From Eledone cirrhosa (taxonomy: Eukaryota), in the NCBI GenBank assembly GCA_964016885.1, contig OZ024741.1, positions 305,598,001 to 305,662,000 on the forward strand: a stretch of DNA of 64,000 bases, given 5' to 3'. The translations under genes and the position numbers were made by a program. The notes under the pieces are model-generated. The model ran no database searches and was not told the DNA's origin. It saw only the letters and a list, made by a program, of their open reading frames with translations. Below, piece after piece: positions 24,657-37,719 of this stretch. Every line of letters starts with the position of its first letter. Positions within the stretch are counted from its first letter, which is position 1.

Positions 24657-27600
24657 TCATCATCATCATCATCATCAACGTTTAACGTCCGTGTTCCACG
24701 CTTGCATGGGTTTGGACGGGGGTAGTCCCACTTGAGACAAGAGTGATTGTCTTGCTCGCATAGGACTGTCTGGCAGGTTTTCTACAGTTGGATGCCCTTC
24801 CTAACACCAACCACATTTACAGTGTGGGTCTGGGAGGTTTTTACCGTGTTGCCTACACGGCCACATTACAGCGTGGACTGTGTGTTTTTTTTGTCGTGAC
24901 ACCTACACGATCTCATTTGTTTCGGCCTGGATGGCGCGGCACCAACATAACTTTACATAGAACGGGGTGGTGTGGATGGGGTGGGGGTGGTGGCGGGACG
25001 GGGTGTAGTTTGTTAGAGATGCCTACTGGCAAGGCGGGTCTTCTCTGTTACTGAGTACCGCCAAAGGTCACGGTCCAGTGACATTGTCTTGGAGAGGTGT
25101 AAGTGTGTGAGGTCGGAGTTTATCAGCTCATCCCATGTTTTTCTAGGTCTGCCTATTCCGTGGCTACCGTCTATCTTTATTGCCCTGCACTTTGTAATAC
25201 AGCTATCGACTTTCATGCGCATCACGTGTCCATACCAACGCAGCCTTCTCTCGAGTAAACAACATCTGATCCCTCTTATCTCTAATTTTTTCCTTAGTTC
25301 GTTTATGCTTTGCCGTTCACGTATATTACTGTTACACATCCAGCGGAGCATGCAAGCTTCGTTCCTCTCTAGTCTGCGTATATCCTCTGCACACAATGCC
25401 CAGGTCTCACTACCATGCAACATTGCTGTTCGTATGCAGGCATCGTACAACCTGCCTTTCATTTTTAGGGAGAACCCTTTAGCAGCTAATAGTGGTATAA
25501 GCTCTCTGAACTTTTTCCAACCAGTTCTGACTCTAGCTACAGTACTTTCAGAGCACCCTCCCCCACTGCTGATTTTATCGCCCAGGTAACGGAAGCTGTT
25601 CACTATTTCTATAGAACCCTCTGCGCAATTGAAAGAGCTAGTATTTTGTGGGCACTTGCTGCTACTTATTGCACCAGAACACCGGCCACATGTAAAGTCT
25701 ATGTTCTTAGTTAGCTTACCTGCGATCCCACTACATCTTTTATGCACCCATACTTTGCATTTAGGACATAAGATGGAGTTTCTACCTACGCCTTTCCTAC
25801 ATACCGAGCACGACCATTTCCCAGAAGGGACCGCCGCCTTGTTTTCTTTCCTACAAACTAGAACTTTGGTCTTAGCCAGGTTAATTTTAAGTCCTTTTGA
25901 CTCTAGGCCGTGCTTCCATGTTTGGAATTTCTTCTCTAGCTCGGCCATTGATTCCGCTATGAGTGTCAGGTCGTCTGCGTATAGGAGTTCCCATGGGCAG
26001 CCTGTCTTGAACTCCTCTGTTATAGCCTGAAGGGCAATAATAAATAGTAGGGGGCTGAGAACAGAGCCCTGATGGACGCCAACTTTTATGCTAAACTCTT
26101 CACTATATTCGTTGTTAATTCTAACCTTGCTGACTGTTTCTTTATACATGGCTTGTATAGCCCTCACAAGCCATTCGTCAACGCCTAGTTTTCTAAGAGC
26201 CCACCAGATAATGGAGCGGGGGACTCTGTCGAAGGCTTTCTCCAGGTCGACAAAAGCTAAGTAGAGGGGTTTACCTTTAGCTAGGTACTTCTCCTGTAGT
26301 TGACGTACTATGAAAAGAGCGTCTGTGGTGCTTTTGCCTGACACAAACCCGAACTGCATTTCATCTAGATCAATTCTCTCTCTGATTAGTTGCGCTATTA
26401 CTTTTTCCGTGACCTTCATGACCTGGTCGATTAATTTAATGCCTCTATAGTTACTCCTATCTAGGGCATCTCCTTTACCCTTATAACAGTTAACGATGAT
26501 GCTGCCAGTCCTTCGGAACAACCCCATTCTGTACGACTTGGTTAACTATGCGGGTGACCATGGTGTGTCCCACCGTGCCAGATGCCTTCAGCATCTCAGC
26601 AACTATTTCCGAAGGCCCAGCCGCCTTACCAGTCTTCATATCCTTGATTGCCTTACTTATTATACTCCCCTCGACTAACACTGCTGGTCCCTCTATCGGG
26701 TCGATATGGGGGAGACTGTCTTTCTCCCATTTATTCTCCTCATTTAGTAGCCTTTCATAGTGACACTTCCAAGCTACCTTCTTATCAGTGTCGGTGATGG
26801 CAAGTATGCCATCATCGTTAAGTACACACTTCTCCCCGACAATATCACGGTTTTCCTTGACGCATTGCCTGGCAATCCTGAACACCTCACGTTTTTGGTC
26901 ATCGCGTTGTAGAACATGCTTGAACTTTCTTTCCTCAGCTTCCCTTCTTGCTAAGTACACTTCTCTCCTAGCTTCCCTCCTGGCCACTTGATAGTCTACT
27001 CTACTTCCCCCATCCCGCCATACTTTCCAAGCCTGCTTTTTGGCCTTAATTGACCCCTCCACCCTACTGTTCCACCACCATGTTACTCTCCTCCTGCCTA
27101 CAGGCCTGCTCCAGCCACAGACTTCGTCTGTCGCCAACAGCAGGTTTGCTTTCAGAAATTTCCACTGTCCCTCTATATTGTCCGATTCTAGATGCTCTTC
27201 CTTACTGTCGAAAGCATCAAGTAATATGCTTTGAAATTTATTTCTGGCTGTGGGGTCCTTTAGTTTCCATATTTTCCTCCTGAGGATAGTCCTCTTCTGC
27301 TGTCGGGTACGTCTCGTCCTGACTATGAGGTCGCTAATTATCAGTCTATGTTGGGAGGTGCATTCTTCATGGGGGAGGGATTTAGTGTTTACAACAGACA
27401 CTCTGTCACGTCTTCTGGTAAGGATATAATCTACCTGGCTTGTGTGTTCCCCGGATCTATAGGTAATCAGGTGATTGTCACGTTTTTTGAAGTTAGTGTT
27501 ACAGATAGTTAGGTTATTTGCATCACAGTATTCCAGGATTCTGGAGCCTTCCTCATTTCTAGTACCAAACCCATAGCCTCCATGGATTTCGTCGTAGCCG

Positions 27601-28320
27601 TCACAATGTTGTCCAACGTGACCATTTAGGTCGCCTGCAATAATTATATAGTCACTGTCAGATATTTGGGAGGTAGTTAGCAACAGTGTCTCATAGAATC
27701 TGTCTTTTATAGTGCCGGGCAGTCCGGATTGGGGTGCGTACGCAGATATTACTGTCACCGTAGTTCTATTGAGGACAAGTCTTATTTTAATTATTCTGTC
27801 GTTCACTCTATTTACGTCTATTATCTTATCTGCCCACTTTTCTGCTACCATGATTCCTACTCCACCCAGCCCATCGTCGTTTCCCACCCAGAAAAGCTTA
27901 TAACATCGTTTTTTACCCTCAATGAATCTAGCAGACCCACCCCTCCACCTGGTCTCTTGAATACAACAAACATCGACCTCCTTACGTTCAAGCATTTCTA
28001 CAACCTCGTTAGCGCGACCCTTTAGGGTGCCTACATTTATGGTACCAACTCTGAAGTTTTGGGTTGCGTTTGGAGGGTGGGGGTGGTGGGGGGCGGGGGG
28101 CGGGAGGAGATAGGGTTATGTTAGCCATCCGCGGACGAAACAAAGAGGAGTGCTCGCATTCTCGTCCACGAGGTGAATTTGACTTTAACATTGGCATTTT
28201 CGCTCTGGGCGTCCAGATTTTTCTCTCCCTTCCACTCTCCAGGATTCCGCAGTCCGTCCGTCCATCCATCCATCCATCCATCATATATCGAAGGCAACCG
28301 GGCAAGCGATAGTATAGGCC
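24657..28320 (-). mobile_element. Near-intact RTE-clade LINE
   Basis: Single long EN-RT ORF, a 3' UTR shared with the other copies, and a (GAT)n tail at about 24657-24676. Confidence 0.93.
25013..28055 (-). pseudogene. RTE ORF: APE endonuclease, reverse transcriptase and PHD-like Cys/His finger; one frameshift near 26500
   Basis: GTINVGTLKG, IQETRW, AYAPQ, GDLNGH, SQHR; DLEKAFDRV, GVHQGSVLSP, YADD; CSVC..CPKC..H.RC..CGRC. Split between ORFs 26490..27995 and 25013..26527. Confidence 0.92.
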
Positions 28321-28540
28321 TCTGGCTTATGATTTGGTCCGCGTAATAATAATAATGGTGATGCGTGGGGGTGGGGGTGGGGGGCTCTGGCTTATAATAA
28401 TAATGGTGGTGATGCGTGGGAGGTGATGCGTGGTGATGCGTGGGGGGCTCTGGCTTATGATTGGTCCACGTATTAAGTATGGTGGCGTGTGGGGGCGGGA
28501 GGGAGGGGTGTGGGGGCGGGAGGGAGGGGTGTGGGGTAGC

Positions 28541-28829
28541 TAGCTGGAAGGTTATGAATGTTTAACAAGCGATTTAACAAAAAGCAAAACTGCAAGATTT
28601 GTTCTGTTCAATACGACAAAAACACCGTATTTAAACCTTAAATAGATAACAAAAAAATACAGATTTCGGATTTTGCGAGATTGGATGTTTGTTTGGACTA
28701 TGTACGAAATTGAGCGTGGAATGGAGAGAAGAATTTGTACTTTACGATTTACATGGGTACATCATAGTAGAAATAATTGAAGCAGCGGTGGATTGGCGAA
28801 AGTGAATAAACATGAAGGAGAACTTATCT

Positions 28830-28860
<31 letters not shown>

Positions 28861-29410
28861 AGCTAAGAGAGAGATAGAGGGGAAGAAAGAGAGGGGGGAA
28901 GGGGGAGAGATATTGTGGCTGACCGCAGCCCCTCGTGAGGGTGAAGGGGTGGAGCGGATTTTTGACTTTCAAGTAGCATACTATATATATTTAAAGTAAT
29001 TTATAAGTAGAATGGGAAGGATTTTGTTTTTTGTTTGAGAATACGATAGAATTTAAGGAATTGGACGATACGATAGGATTAAGATAGCTGGAAGGTTATG
29101 AATGTTTAACAAGCGATTTAACAAAAAGCAAAACTGCAAGATTTGTTCTGTTCAATACGACAAAAACACCGTATTTAAACCTTAAATAGATAACAAAAAA
29201 ATACAGATTTCGGATTTTGCGAGATTGGATGTTTGTTTGGACTATGTACGAAATTGAGCGTGGAATGGAGAGAAGAATTTGTACTTTACGATTTACATGG
29301 GTACATCATAGTAGAAATAATTGAAGCAGCGGTGGATTGGCGAAAGTGAATAAACATGAAGGAGAACTTATCTTATATATATATATGTGTGTGTGTGTGT
29401 GTAGCTAAGA
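28541..29410. repeat. Direct repeat of about 327 bp (28541-28868 and 29085-29410) upstream of the RTE
   Basis: Near-identical copies tagctggaaggttatgaatg...gtagctaaga, differing visibly only in the internal microsatellite. Confidence 0.92.
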
Positions 29411-30239
29411 TATATATATATATATATATGTGTGTATTTGTATATCTAGAGATATACGGTATGTTTATGAATAAACATTTGAAAGCCTTTAGCTATAAAT
29501 TTTGGAAGCTGATGGATTCCAGCAGAAGCAGGAGCAGGTAATCTATCAACAGTTGACTTCTTTTGACTTCGGTCTTAATCAAAACGGCGCCCCACTCCAT
29601 GTTCTCTGCTGGAATCTAATATAGGCGAAAAACAGATAATTTTGATGTCTATGTACATTAGGGTGGCCCTTATTTTTCAACTTTTTAAAAGTTTAGCTCG
29701 CATCCCCCTATCTTGTTCCAATTAACAAAACACCAATCTATACAAAACTTTAGCTCAAGCGGGCAAGGCGACCCTCATCGACCATGAAATTTTGAAGTTT
29801 ACTCCCGGAAAGTCATTTTTTCAGATGATAATTTTTTATCTCATATAATTTCCTCTTAAATTAAAAACTTTTTCAGACTTATTCTTGATATTAGAAGGAT
29901 AAGTGACAATAAATATAATGGGGAAGGCAACTTGCAAAGCTGGGGACAGAGTGCAGGTATAGGGCAAACACTTATTTTTTGCTGTGGGAGCAGCAACATT
30001 CTAACTTTCGGAAAATTACCTATTGCTAAGGACCACCCTAATATACATATATCCATATGTGGTTGACAGTTGAGAGAAATGAGTACTCGGTATTGAGTAA
30101 TATATATATATACATATATACATATATATATCTATATATATATATATATGTATATATACACTCTCCTTAATATCCTTCCTTTCATATTTCTCCTTGCTCC
30201 CCTTTTCTCATTGTATTTGTATATAAGCAAGTACATAGA

Positions 30240-30540
30240 TACAAGGAGAAAGGGAATGCAAGAAGAAAAGGAGAGTAAGGAGAAAAGGAGAGTAAGGAGA
30301 AAGGGAGAGCAATGATAAAAGGAGAGCAAGGAGAAAAGGAGAGCAAGGAGAGTGAGGAGAGCAATGGGGAAAGGAGAGCAAGGAGAACAAGTATAAAAGG
30401 AGAGGACGGAGAGCAATGTGAGAAAAGGAGAGCAAGGAGAAAAGGAGAGCAATGAGAAAAGGAGAACAAGGAGAGGAATGAGAAAAGAGGAGCAAGGATA
30501 AAAGGAGAGCAAGGAGGAAAGAAGAAAAGGAGAGGTTAAG
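30240..30540 (+). repeat. Polypurine minisatellite (AAGGAGAGCAAGGAGAA-like)
   Basis: Directly visible. Confidence 0.85.
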
Positions 30541-30720
30541 GCAAATATTGCTCAAGTTATGCTGGAAGCAGGCAAAAGTGAAGAAGAAGAAGAAGAAAAA
30601 AAATCAACTGAAGAGGTACATTCTGCACCAAAATGACTTTTCCTCCTGTACAAACATCGAGTTTTCGTCTTTTGTGACTCCTGGTACAAAAACTGTCTTA
30701 CAAGATTTTCTATCAGCACC

Positions 30721-30960
30721 GATTTCCTCAACAAAGACCCTTTAACATGGAAGGATGATCCTGGTTACAAAAGTGGTCTTGAAAAACCTGAGAAGACGGT
30801 TGTTGAGAATGATGTTGCAGAAAGAGGTGTCAAACTCATTCAGGATTACAATAACATTCTCTCAAAAGATGAAACTGAGAAACAATTTCTTTTACAGATC
30901 GTTACTGAAAACAGTAAAACATACCCAATTGTCACTAAATCCTCTCTTATGCAAAAATAA
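30721..30960 (+). pseudogene. Transposase C-terminal fragment (hATm-like)
   Basis: Manual translation, absent from the ORF track: DFLNKDPLTWKDDPGYKSGLEKPEKTVVENDVAERGVKLIQDYNNILSKDETEKQFLLQIVTENSKTYP. The ND.AERGVKL motif is typical of this group. Confidence 0.7.
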
Positions 30961-30961
30961 T

Positions 30962-31146
30962 TGTTTCTACTTTAGGCACAAGGCCAGCAATTACCCAGTG
31001 CATTACTGGTACTTTATTTTATCGACCCCGTAAGGATGAAAGGCAAAGTCAACCTCGGCGGGATTTGAACTCAGATCGTAAAGGGACGTAACTATGCTGG
31101 AAAGCATGGCGTCCGACCCTCGACCGATACTGCCAATACACTGCCC
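30962..31146 (-). mobile_element. Young SINE family A copy with 12-bp TSD
   Basis: TGCAAAAATAAT at 30950-30961 and 31147-31158; nearly identical to 58847-59031. Confidence 0.9.
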
Positions 31147-32905
31147 TGCAAAAATAATGTTCAATATTCAGTGTTCAGTGTTCACATTATGTTTTTGATT
31201 CTATAGAAATTATTGTTGTAAATAAAAATGTGTTTCTCTTATAGAAGTTGTGTGCTTTATTAAGAAAACCTAATATTTCTCAAGTTTTTCATGTTATTTC
31301 AGGAATTTTTCAAATTAACTATTGGTAAATTTGATTCAGAACGTTTTTAAACATTTGCTTGGGTTGCCTGGATGTGTCTACATAAATTTCTCCAAGAAGA
31401 AAAAAGAAAATGGTCGAGATAGGGAACAGTATACCGCTTTTGAACAGAATTAATTGTTGTGTATACTATATTCCAATTTCAAGGCATTTGAGGGTCACCT
31501 AACAGTTGTCCGATTGAGCTGAAATTTTGCACACTCCATGTTTTTGTTCATTGGAAAAGGGTGGGAGCAGCAAAATTTCAGAAAATTACCTATTGCTAAG
31601 GCCCAAATGTACATAGAGAGCACTCTTGATAAGAACCGAAGTTAGAAACAGCCAACTATCGACAGATTACCCACTCCTGCTTCTGCCGGAATCCACCTGA
31701 TGGCGCCAGTCATCAGCTTCCAAAATTTATAGCTAAAGGCTTTCAAATGTTTATTCACAAACATACTGTATATCACTATATATACAAATTCATATACCTA
31801 TATCTATACAGCTATGTCAGAGTAAATACTTTAATTCTGCTTTTAGGCCAAGCCAGCTGGCAGCTCCTATGCAAATGAGGCTTATCAGCCCATGTACATA
31901 GGTATCAAAACTATATGTTTTCGCCTATATTGGATTCCAGGGGATAGCAGGGAGGGGAGTGCCATCTTGATAACAACCAAAGTAGGAAACAGTCGACTGT
32001 TGATAGATTACTCACTCCTGCTTCTGTTAGAATCCACATGATGGCGTTAGTCACCAGCTTCCAAAACTCATAGCTAAAGGCTTTCAAATGTTTATTTGTA
32101 AACATACTGTATGTCATTAGATATACAAATCCACATACCTATATTTATATAGCTATGTTGGAGCAAACACTTTAATATATATATAAACAAAATTTGCTTT
32201 TGCCCTAGCATAGCTGATACACAAATGCATTTGTAAGTTTTATATTAAATAACAATAATATTATAATAATATTATTAATATTCGATTCGTTTGCAAGCAA
32301 ACAGCCTCATAACTCCATGTGTTTTAGACGACTATCGTCATCCTGGCATGATCTTCCTCTGGCTCTAAAGTTTGAGCATTTAATTTTATAGGCCCACAGG
32401 GCAGGTTGGCCAATTGGCATTCTTATCAGTTGACCAAACTATTTGATGTGTTGTAGAGCCATCAGTTGGTTAATAGGTATAGCACCAACCATCTGCCTAA
32501 TGTTTTTGTTTCTGACCTGGTCTATTCTGATATTCTCAACTGCTCACCAGAAACATCCCATATCACAGGTTATTACTTTTCAATTCAGGGCTTTTTTTCA
32601 GGGTTTAGGTTGTTGTACCAGTGAGGATGAGAACGAAGATTGTGTTTATCAAGATAACTTTTGAGCTTCAGCAGAAGTGCAAGTTGATAGCTGACAGTTT
32701 CATATCTGGTTTTTAGTCTTTATTTCTCTCAGCAGATCCCCTTCTTCAACAAAAATGCTCCCTAAGTATGTAACAACTGTCAGTAAACAAAAAAGTTGAA
32801 ATATATACATATGTATATATACAGATATTGAAGGGAGACTGTACTACAAAGGACCCAGCCAATTCATACAAGCATGGAAAATGGACATAAAATGATGATG
32901 ATGAT

Positions 32906-32941
<36 letters not shown>

Positions 32942-33689
32942 TTGTGGGAGTTGGTAAAAATACTCTAATGGACAAAATGGAATTAGCTTCAAGTGCAGAA
33001 ATCCACCCACTTAACTAAAGAATTTATGTCTAAAGATTGCGCAGTATTTCAAAGTTCTTTATTTTTATCTTTTAGTTGAAGATAAAAAAAATGGTTTCGT
33101 AACACACCAAGTAACTACGATATTTATAATCATTTAAAATGTCCAGCTATCCTTGTAGATATCATCATTTTAAAGGTATTTGTAAACGTAGAACTAAGTT
33201 TAGCTCAATGTTTCTGTGGGCTGTGATGTTATATATATTCTAGAATGGATTTTCCCTGTGACTGCCAGTCTTGAAGCATCAGTAAAATATTTTCTGTGCA
33301 ACAAACAAAGCTCTGAGTTATTCTGAAGCTAGCCAGGTTTATCAGGTGAGATTCTTAAAGTCTGCTGTTGAAGTAATATCTAAAAGAAGCTGGAAGATAA
33401 TAGTAAATTTTTTTTTTTAAATTGATAAAAATAGAACATTTCTTTTTCTTACTGTCTTACTCTCTATATATTTTACTTTTTTTTAACCTTCAGATGCCAA
33501 AAGACACTATTCATGAAAGCCAGGTAGTCCCAGGACTAAAGCTAATTAGGCTGAAGCTTAAAGGTACCAAAGTGACAAGGGGACTGACTGTCATTATTCA
33601 TTATTTTTTTTTTTTTAATTGGGTAAAAGATTGGAGTGTCTGAGTGGACCTAAAATACCTGAAAGCGTAGGAGTCAAATCATAGTTTAC

Positions 33690-34988
33690 ATTGTATAGAT
33701 TATATAGAGTTTATACCTACACCTTTTCTACACATCAAACAAGGCGACTTTCCTGATAGGATTCGTGTCATGGTTTCTTTACTGGTTATTAAAACTTTAG
33801 TTTGTCCCAAGTTTACTCTCAGCCCTTTTGATTCTAATTTCTGTTTCCAAAGTTGGAATTCTTTCTTTAATTCTTTCAGAGATTCGACTATAAGATACAG
33901 AAGTTCTCAAGGACAGCTAGTCATAAATGTCTGTTATGGCTTGGAGAACTATGATTAACCAGAGTGGGGGTGAGGATTGAGCTCTGATGAACACCTACCT
34001 GCTCTCACCTTAGTGACAGCTCCTCTGTATATGGGTTGCACTGTTCTCACAAACTATTCTTCTATGCCTAGTTTCCTTAGGAACCACCTGGTGACAGATT
34101 GTTATACCCTGTCAAAAGCTTTCTCAAGATCCACAACAGCCAGATATTGTTCATTAAGAAGAGGGTATCTGTGGTGCTTCTCCCAGGCTCAAAACCAAAC
34201 TATATGTCTTCTAATTTGACCCTTTCCAAATTAGTTGGACTAAAACTCTTTCTATCAATTTTATAACTTGATCCCCCAGTTTTGTGCCTCTGCTGTTGCT
34301 ACTTTCTAGTGTATCACCTTTTCTATTGTAACAATTAATGAGTGTCCTACTACACACATCATGCATTACCTTATTGTTTATCAGTTCAACTACTATTTCC
34401 TTAAAAGATTTCAGCATCTCAGTGACTATCTGCAAAAGGGTAGCAGCTTGACCATTTTTCATCTCTTTCATTACTTCCATGACTCTATAACCATCAATTT
34501 TAATAGCTGGTCGCTCTGTTGGGTCAGCTAGGAGTAGTCTCTCTCCCTCCCACTCATTCTCCTCATTCACCAATATCTCATAACATTTCCATGCCTCTTT
34601 CTTTTGAGTGTCAATGATGCTAAGTGTACTGATGTCATTTTAAACACACTTTTCACCAACACCTCATGTCTCTGATCCTCATGGCAAACCACCTGTTTTC
34701 AGCTTCTTTGCATGTTATGTATATTCTGTTGTCTAGCTTCTTTTTTAGTTACCTAGTACTGATCTTTGTTGCCCCCATTTTTCCAGTCTTTCCATGTCTA
34801 TCTCTTGGTTATAACAACTCTATCCACAGTGCTATTCCACCACCGTGCCACACTCTGTTTAGCTAGTTGCCCCTTGCTCTAGCCATAAATCTTGTCAGTA
34901 GCCTACAGCAGGTTGTCTTGTAGAAACTTCTTATTGTCTTTTATGTCATATGTATCTAAATTTTCCTCCTTCTTGTCATATGCATCAT
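33690..34988 (-). mobile_element. Degenerate RTE LINE fragment
   Basis: ORF 34211..34573 (NEENEWE...INCYNRKGDTLE) is homologous to the 25-28 kb RTE. Confidence 0.8.
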
Positions 34989-35203
34989 TTAACCCTTTAG
35001 CATTTACATTACTCAATATATACTATAGTATTTTTATGGTAAAGGCTTTATCTCACATAATATCGAATCTACGAGATTTTGATATTATTTATTTTGAGAA
35101 CCATACCTAACATCAGTATGAGTGGTCGGTTGCAGTCAGTTTGAACAGAAAGACGCGAGATAATTCTGACCGGATATGGCCGGTTTAAATGCTAAAGGGT
35201 TAA
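34989..35203. mobile_element. TTAA-flanked piggyBac-type MITE (copies 41547-42143, about 48250-48457, 52228-52331)
   Basis: TTAA-CCCTTTAGCATTT ... AAATGCTAAAGGG-TTAA. Confidence 0.85.
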
Positions 35204-35739
35204 GGCTTTTCTGAACTCCATACATATATAACATCATCATCATCACCATCACTGTTTAACATGGCTTTGACTAGTTGTCCTGTTGTGAGACAAGCCAGGT
35301 TAGATTACCATGAAACAGAACTGATGTTAGCTTGGTTTCTATGGCTCAATGCCCTTCCTAACACCAACCACATTTACAGTGTGAACTGGGTGTTTTTGTT
35401 GTGACACCTAATCATCATCATCATTTTACGTCTGCTTTTCCCTGCTTGCAATATATACACTAATTAATGTGCATATATATATATATTCATGTTACACATG
35501 TTTTATCAAATGAAATGTGAAGGAATATAGTAAATAGAAGAATTTGATTGTTACATTATAATATATAAGAGTATATCTATCCACTAAGATGCAAGCATAA
35601 AGGCGAATAATCTATAATAACACATAATTTTACATCTTATTTGTATCATAGATTTTAGGAAAAGATATCTCCTTAAAAAAAACAAATCAACCAAGTAGCT
35701 TGATAGCATTATCATAACATATTAAGTTATCATTGTAGG

Positions 35740-36128
35740 CAGGCTAACCCCCCCACACACACACCTTTTCCAGTCATGCACTCCATACTCCCCCCAAAAT
35801 AATTTCAATCTACAGTTTAGCAAACTTGACAAACCCAGTTTTTGATACCTCTTACTCTGACCACTCTAAGAAAATTATTAAGCCTGCATTTTCTATTACA
35901 CAGTCCACACCCACCCATGTGAAACCATGTGACAGGTCATAACACCATACAACCCTTTCCACTACTTTAGATATTTCTGCAATACTGCTACATGACAAAT
36001 ATTGATCACAGGAAATTATATATTCAATTTATATAAAATGTTTATCCTTTAAGGTTCAGTAATGCACTTTTCTAAGGTCTGCATCTGAGGCAGCTGCCTA
36101 GTTGGCCTTAATGGTAGTGCCAACCCTG
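35740..36128. mobile_element. Old non-autonomous DNA element; inverted relative at about 52560-52960
   Basis: ggccttaatggtagtgccaaccctg vs agggctggcactaccattaaggcc, plus a shared acacagtccacac.cacccatg interior. Confidence 0.55.
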
Positions 36129-37145
36129 TGTATGTGGTATGGTTGGTCGATTGAGTATGTTGAAAAGGATGGAACCTTGCTGATATCAAGATATTGAAGA
36201 CCCTCCTCAAACCTCAGCCTCCAGGGGGATGGAAGAGATATGAAAAGTGAATACCCCAGTCACAGAAGAACACTAAACTAACTACACCCCCTTCCAACAC
36301 ATCCTACTACACCCCCTACCAACACCACCTACCATTACATCCCATTCCTACCTCATATCCACACATACACATACACATACTTCCTATCCACATTCCTTAC
36401 CCACATCTCCTACTCCCACTTCATTCACCTGACTCCTACGGCTTACCCCACTTCCTACCCCTATCACATAATCTCACCTCTTACCTTCATCTCCTATCAC
36501 CCCTCCTAGACCCACTTCCAGCCCAATAGCCTTCAGTTATCAGATATTCTCTAGCGATACACTTGGGTCAATGAAGGAATGTGTAGGTGGACGTTCAACT
36601 TGTTAGAAACAGTAGTTGAATCTCCCTCAATTCACACCTTACCATCTCAAAAATAAAAAGACACATTGATAATGTAATCTTGAAAAATGACAGAATGATT
36701 CTAGCTGGAAACCCTTTGGTCATAGGTGTCCTGGTTGAGAATCTATCTGGGCCAGACAAGAACAATTATATACATGTATGTGTGAGTGGTTTAGAGTTTG
36801 ATTTAACCCTTTAGCATTTAGAGTTGTATCTGTAGTTCAAAGGGCCAGCTTTGTGACATTGTGACATTGTTTCATTATGAAACTCCTTGAGAACTATATC
36901 AAGAGTACTTGTATCTGTGGAATCAGGGTCGAATTTAATGTGTGTGTCTGTGTGTGTGAGCAAGGGGGGCAATTGAAAGAATGTTTTCAAGGATTTTTTT
37001 GTAATAATGTGAAATAAAATGTCTTGCTTAAGCAAGACATTTTATTTCACAACACACTGCTGGAAATTGAACCCCATAACCTTATGATTGTGAGCCAAAC
37101 AACCTAACCACTATGCCACATGCCTTACATACACACACACACACG

Positions 37146-37189
<44 letters not shown>

Positions 37190-37197
<8 letters not shown>

Positions 37198-37324
37198 TAA
37201 CAGATTAAAGTTTAAGCAAAGAATCGCTGCTTTCACTCTTAACGGGATCTTCAGAGTTTCAGAAGATCCCGTTAAAGGTGAAAGCAGCGATTCTTTGCTT
37301 AAACTTTAATCTGTTATTTTAATA
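37190..37324. mobile_element. Foldback with 63-bp arms at (TA)n containing a hammerhead-like motif (37255-37305 +)
   Basis: AGTTT-CAGAAGA-TCCC-GTTAA-AGGT-GAAAGCA-GCGATTCTT-TGCT-T-AAACT; the mirror arm keeps canonical CTGAAGA. Confidence 0.7.
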
Positions 37325-37415
37325 AATATTTGCTCTACGGTTCTTATATATTTGATATATATTTATCCTTATCGAGCCCTCTTTGGATTTTAGTCTTCAA
37401 ATTTATTATTATTAC

Positions 37416-37466
<51 letters not shown>

Positions 37467-37680
37467 AAGGTAAACAGAAATAACAACACAATCAGTACAG
37501 TATATGGAAGGAATATATTAGGTTAACGCTTGAAATAGCAAAAAAGGGTCTTAACGTTTCAGACGCTAGTCTTTTATCAGAAGAAAGAATGAGAAGAATG
37601 AGAAATAAGATAGATTGAAGGAATAGGCGGGGTGGAATTGGAAAAAATGTCTTTAGATAAAAATAACAGGCCCATTCATG

Positions 37681-37719
<39 letters not shown>

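Larger units (their letters stand above)
29659..31606 (+). mobile_element. hATm-like DNA transposon remnant (short TIR unit 29659-30040, transposase 3' fragment, second right end)
   Basis: TAGGGTGGCCCTTA / TAAGGACCACCCTA TIRs, 8-bp ATGTACAT/ATATACAT flanks, and a second right end gaaaattacctattgctaagg followed by ATGTACAT at 31607. Confidence 0.65.

Noticed and set aside
30962-31146. tRNA gene calls for SINE heads
   Set aside because: A/B-box-like motifs only, no full cloverleaf, and followed by a SINE body with TSDs.
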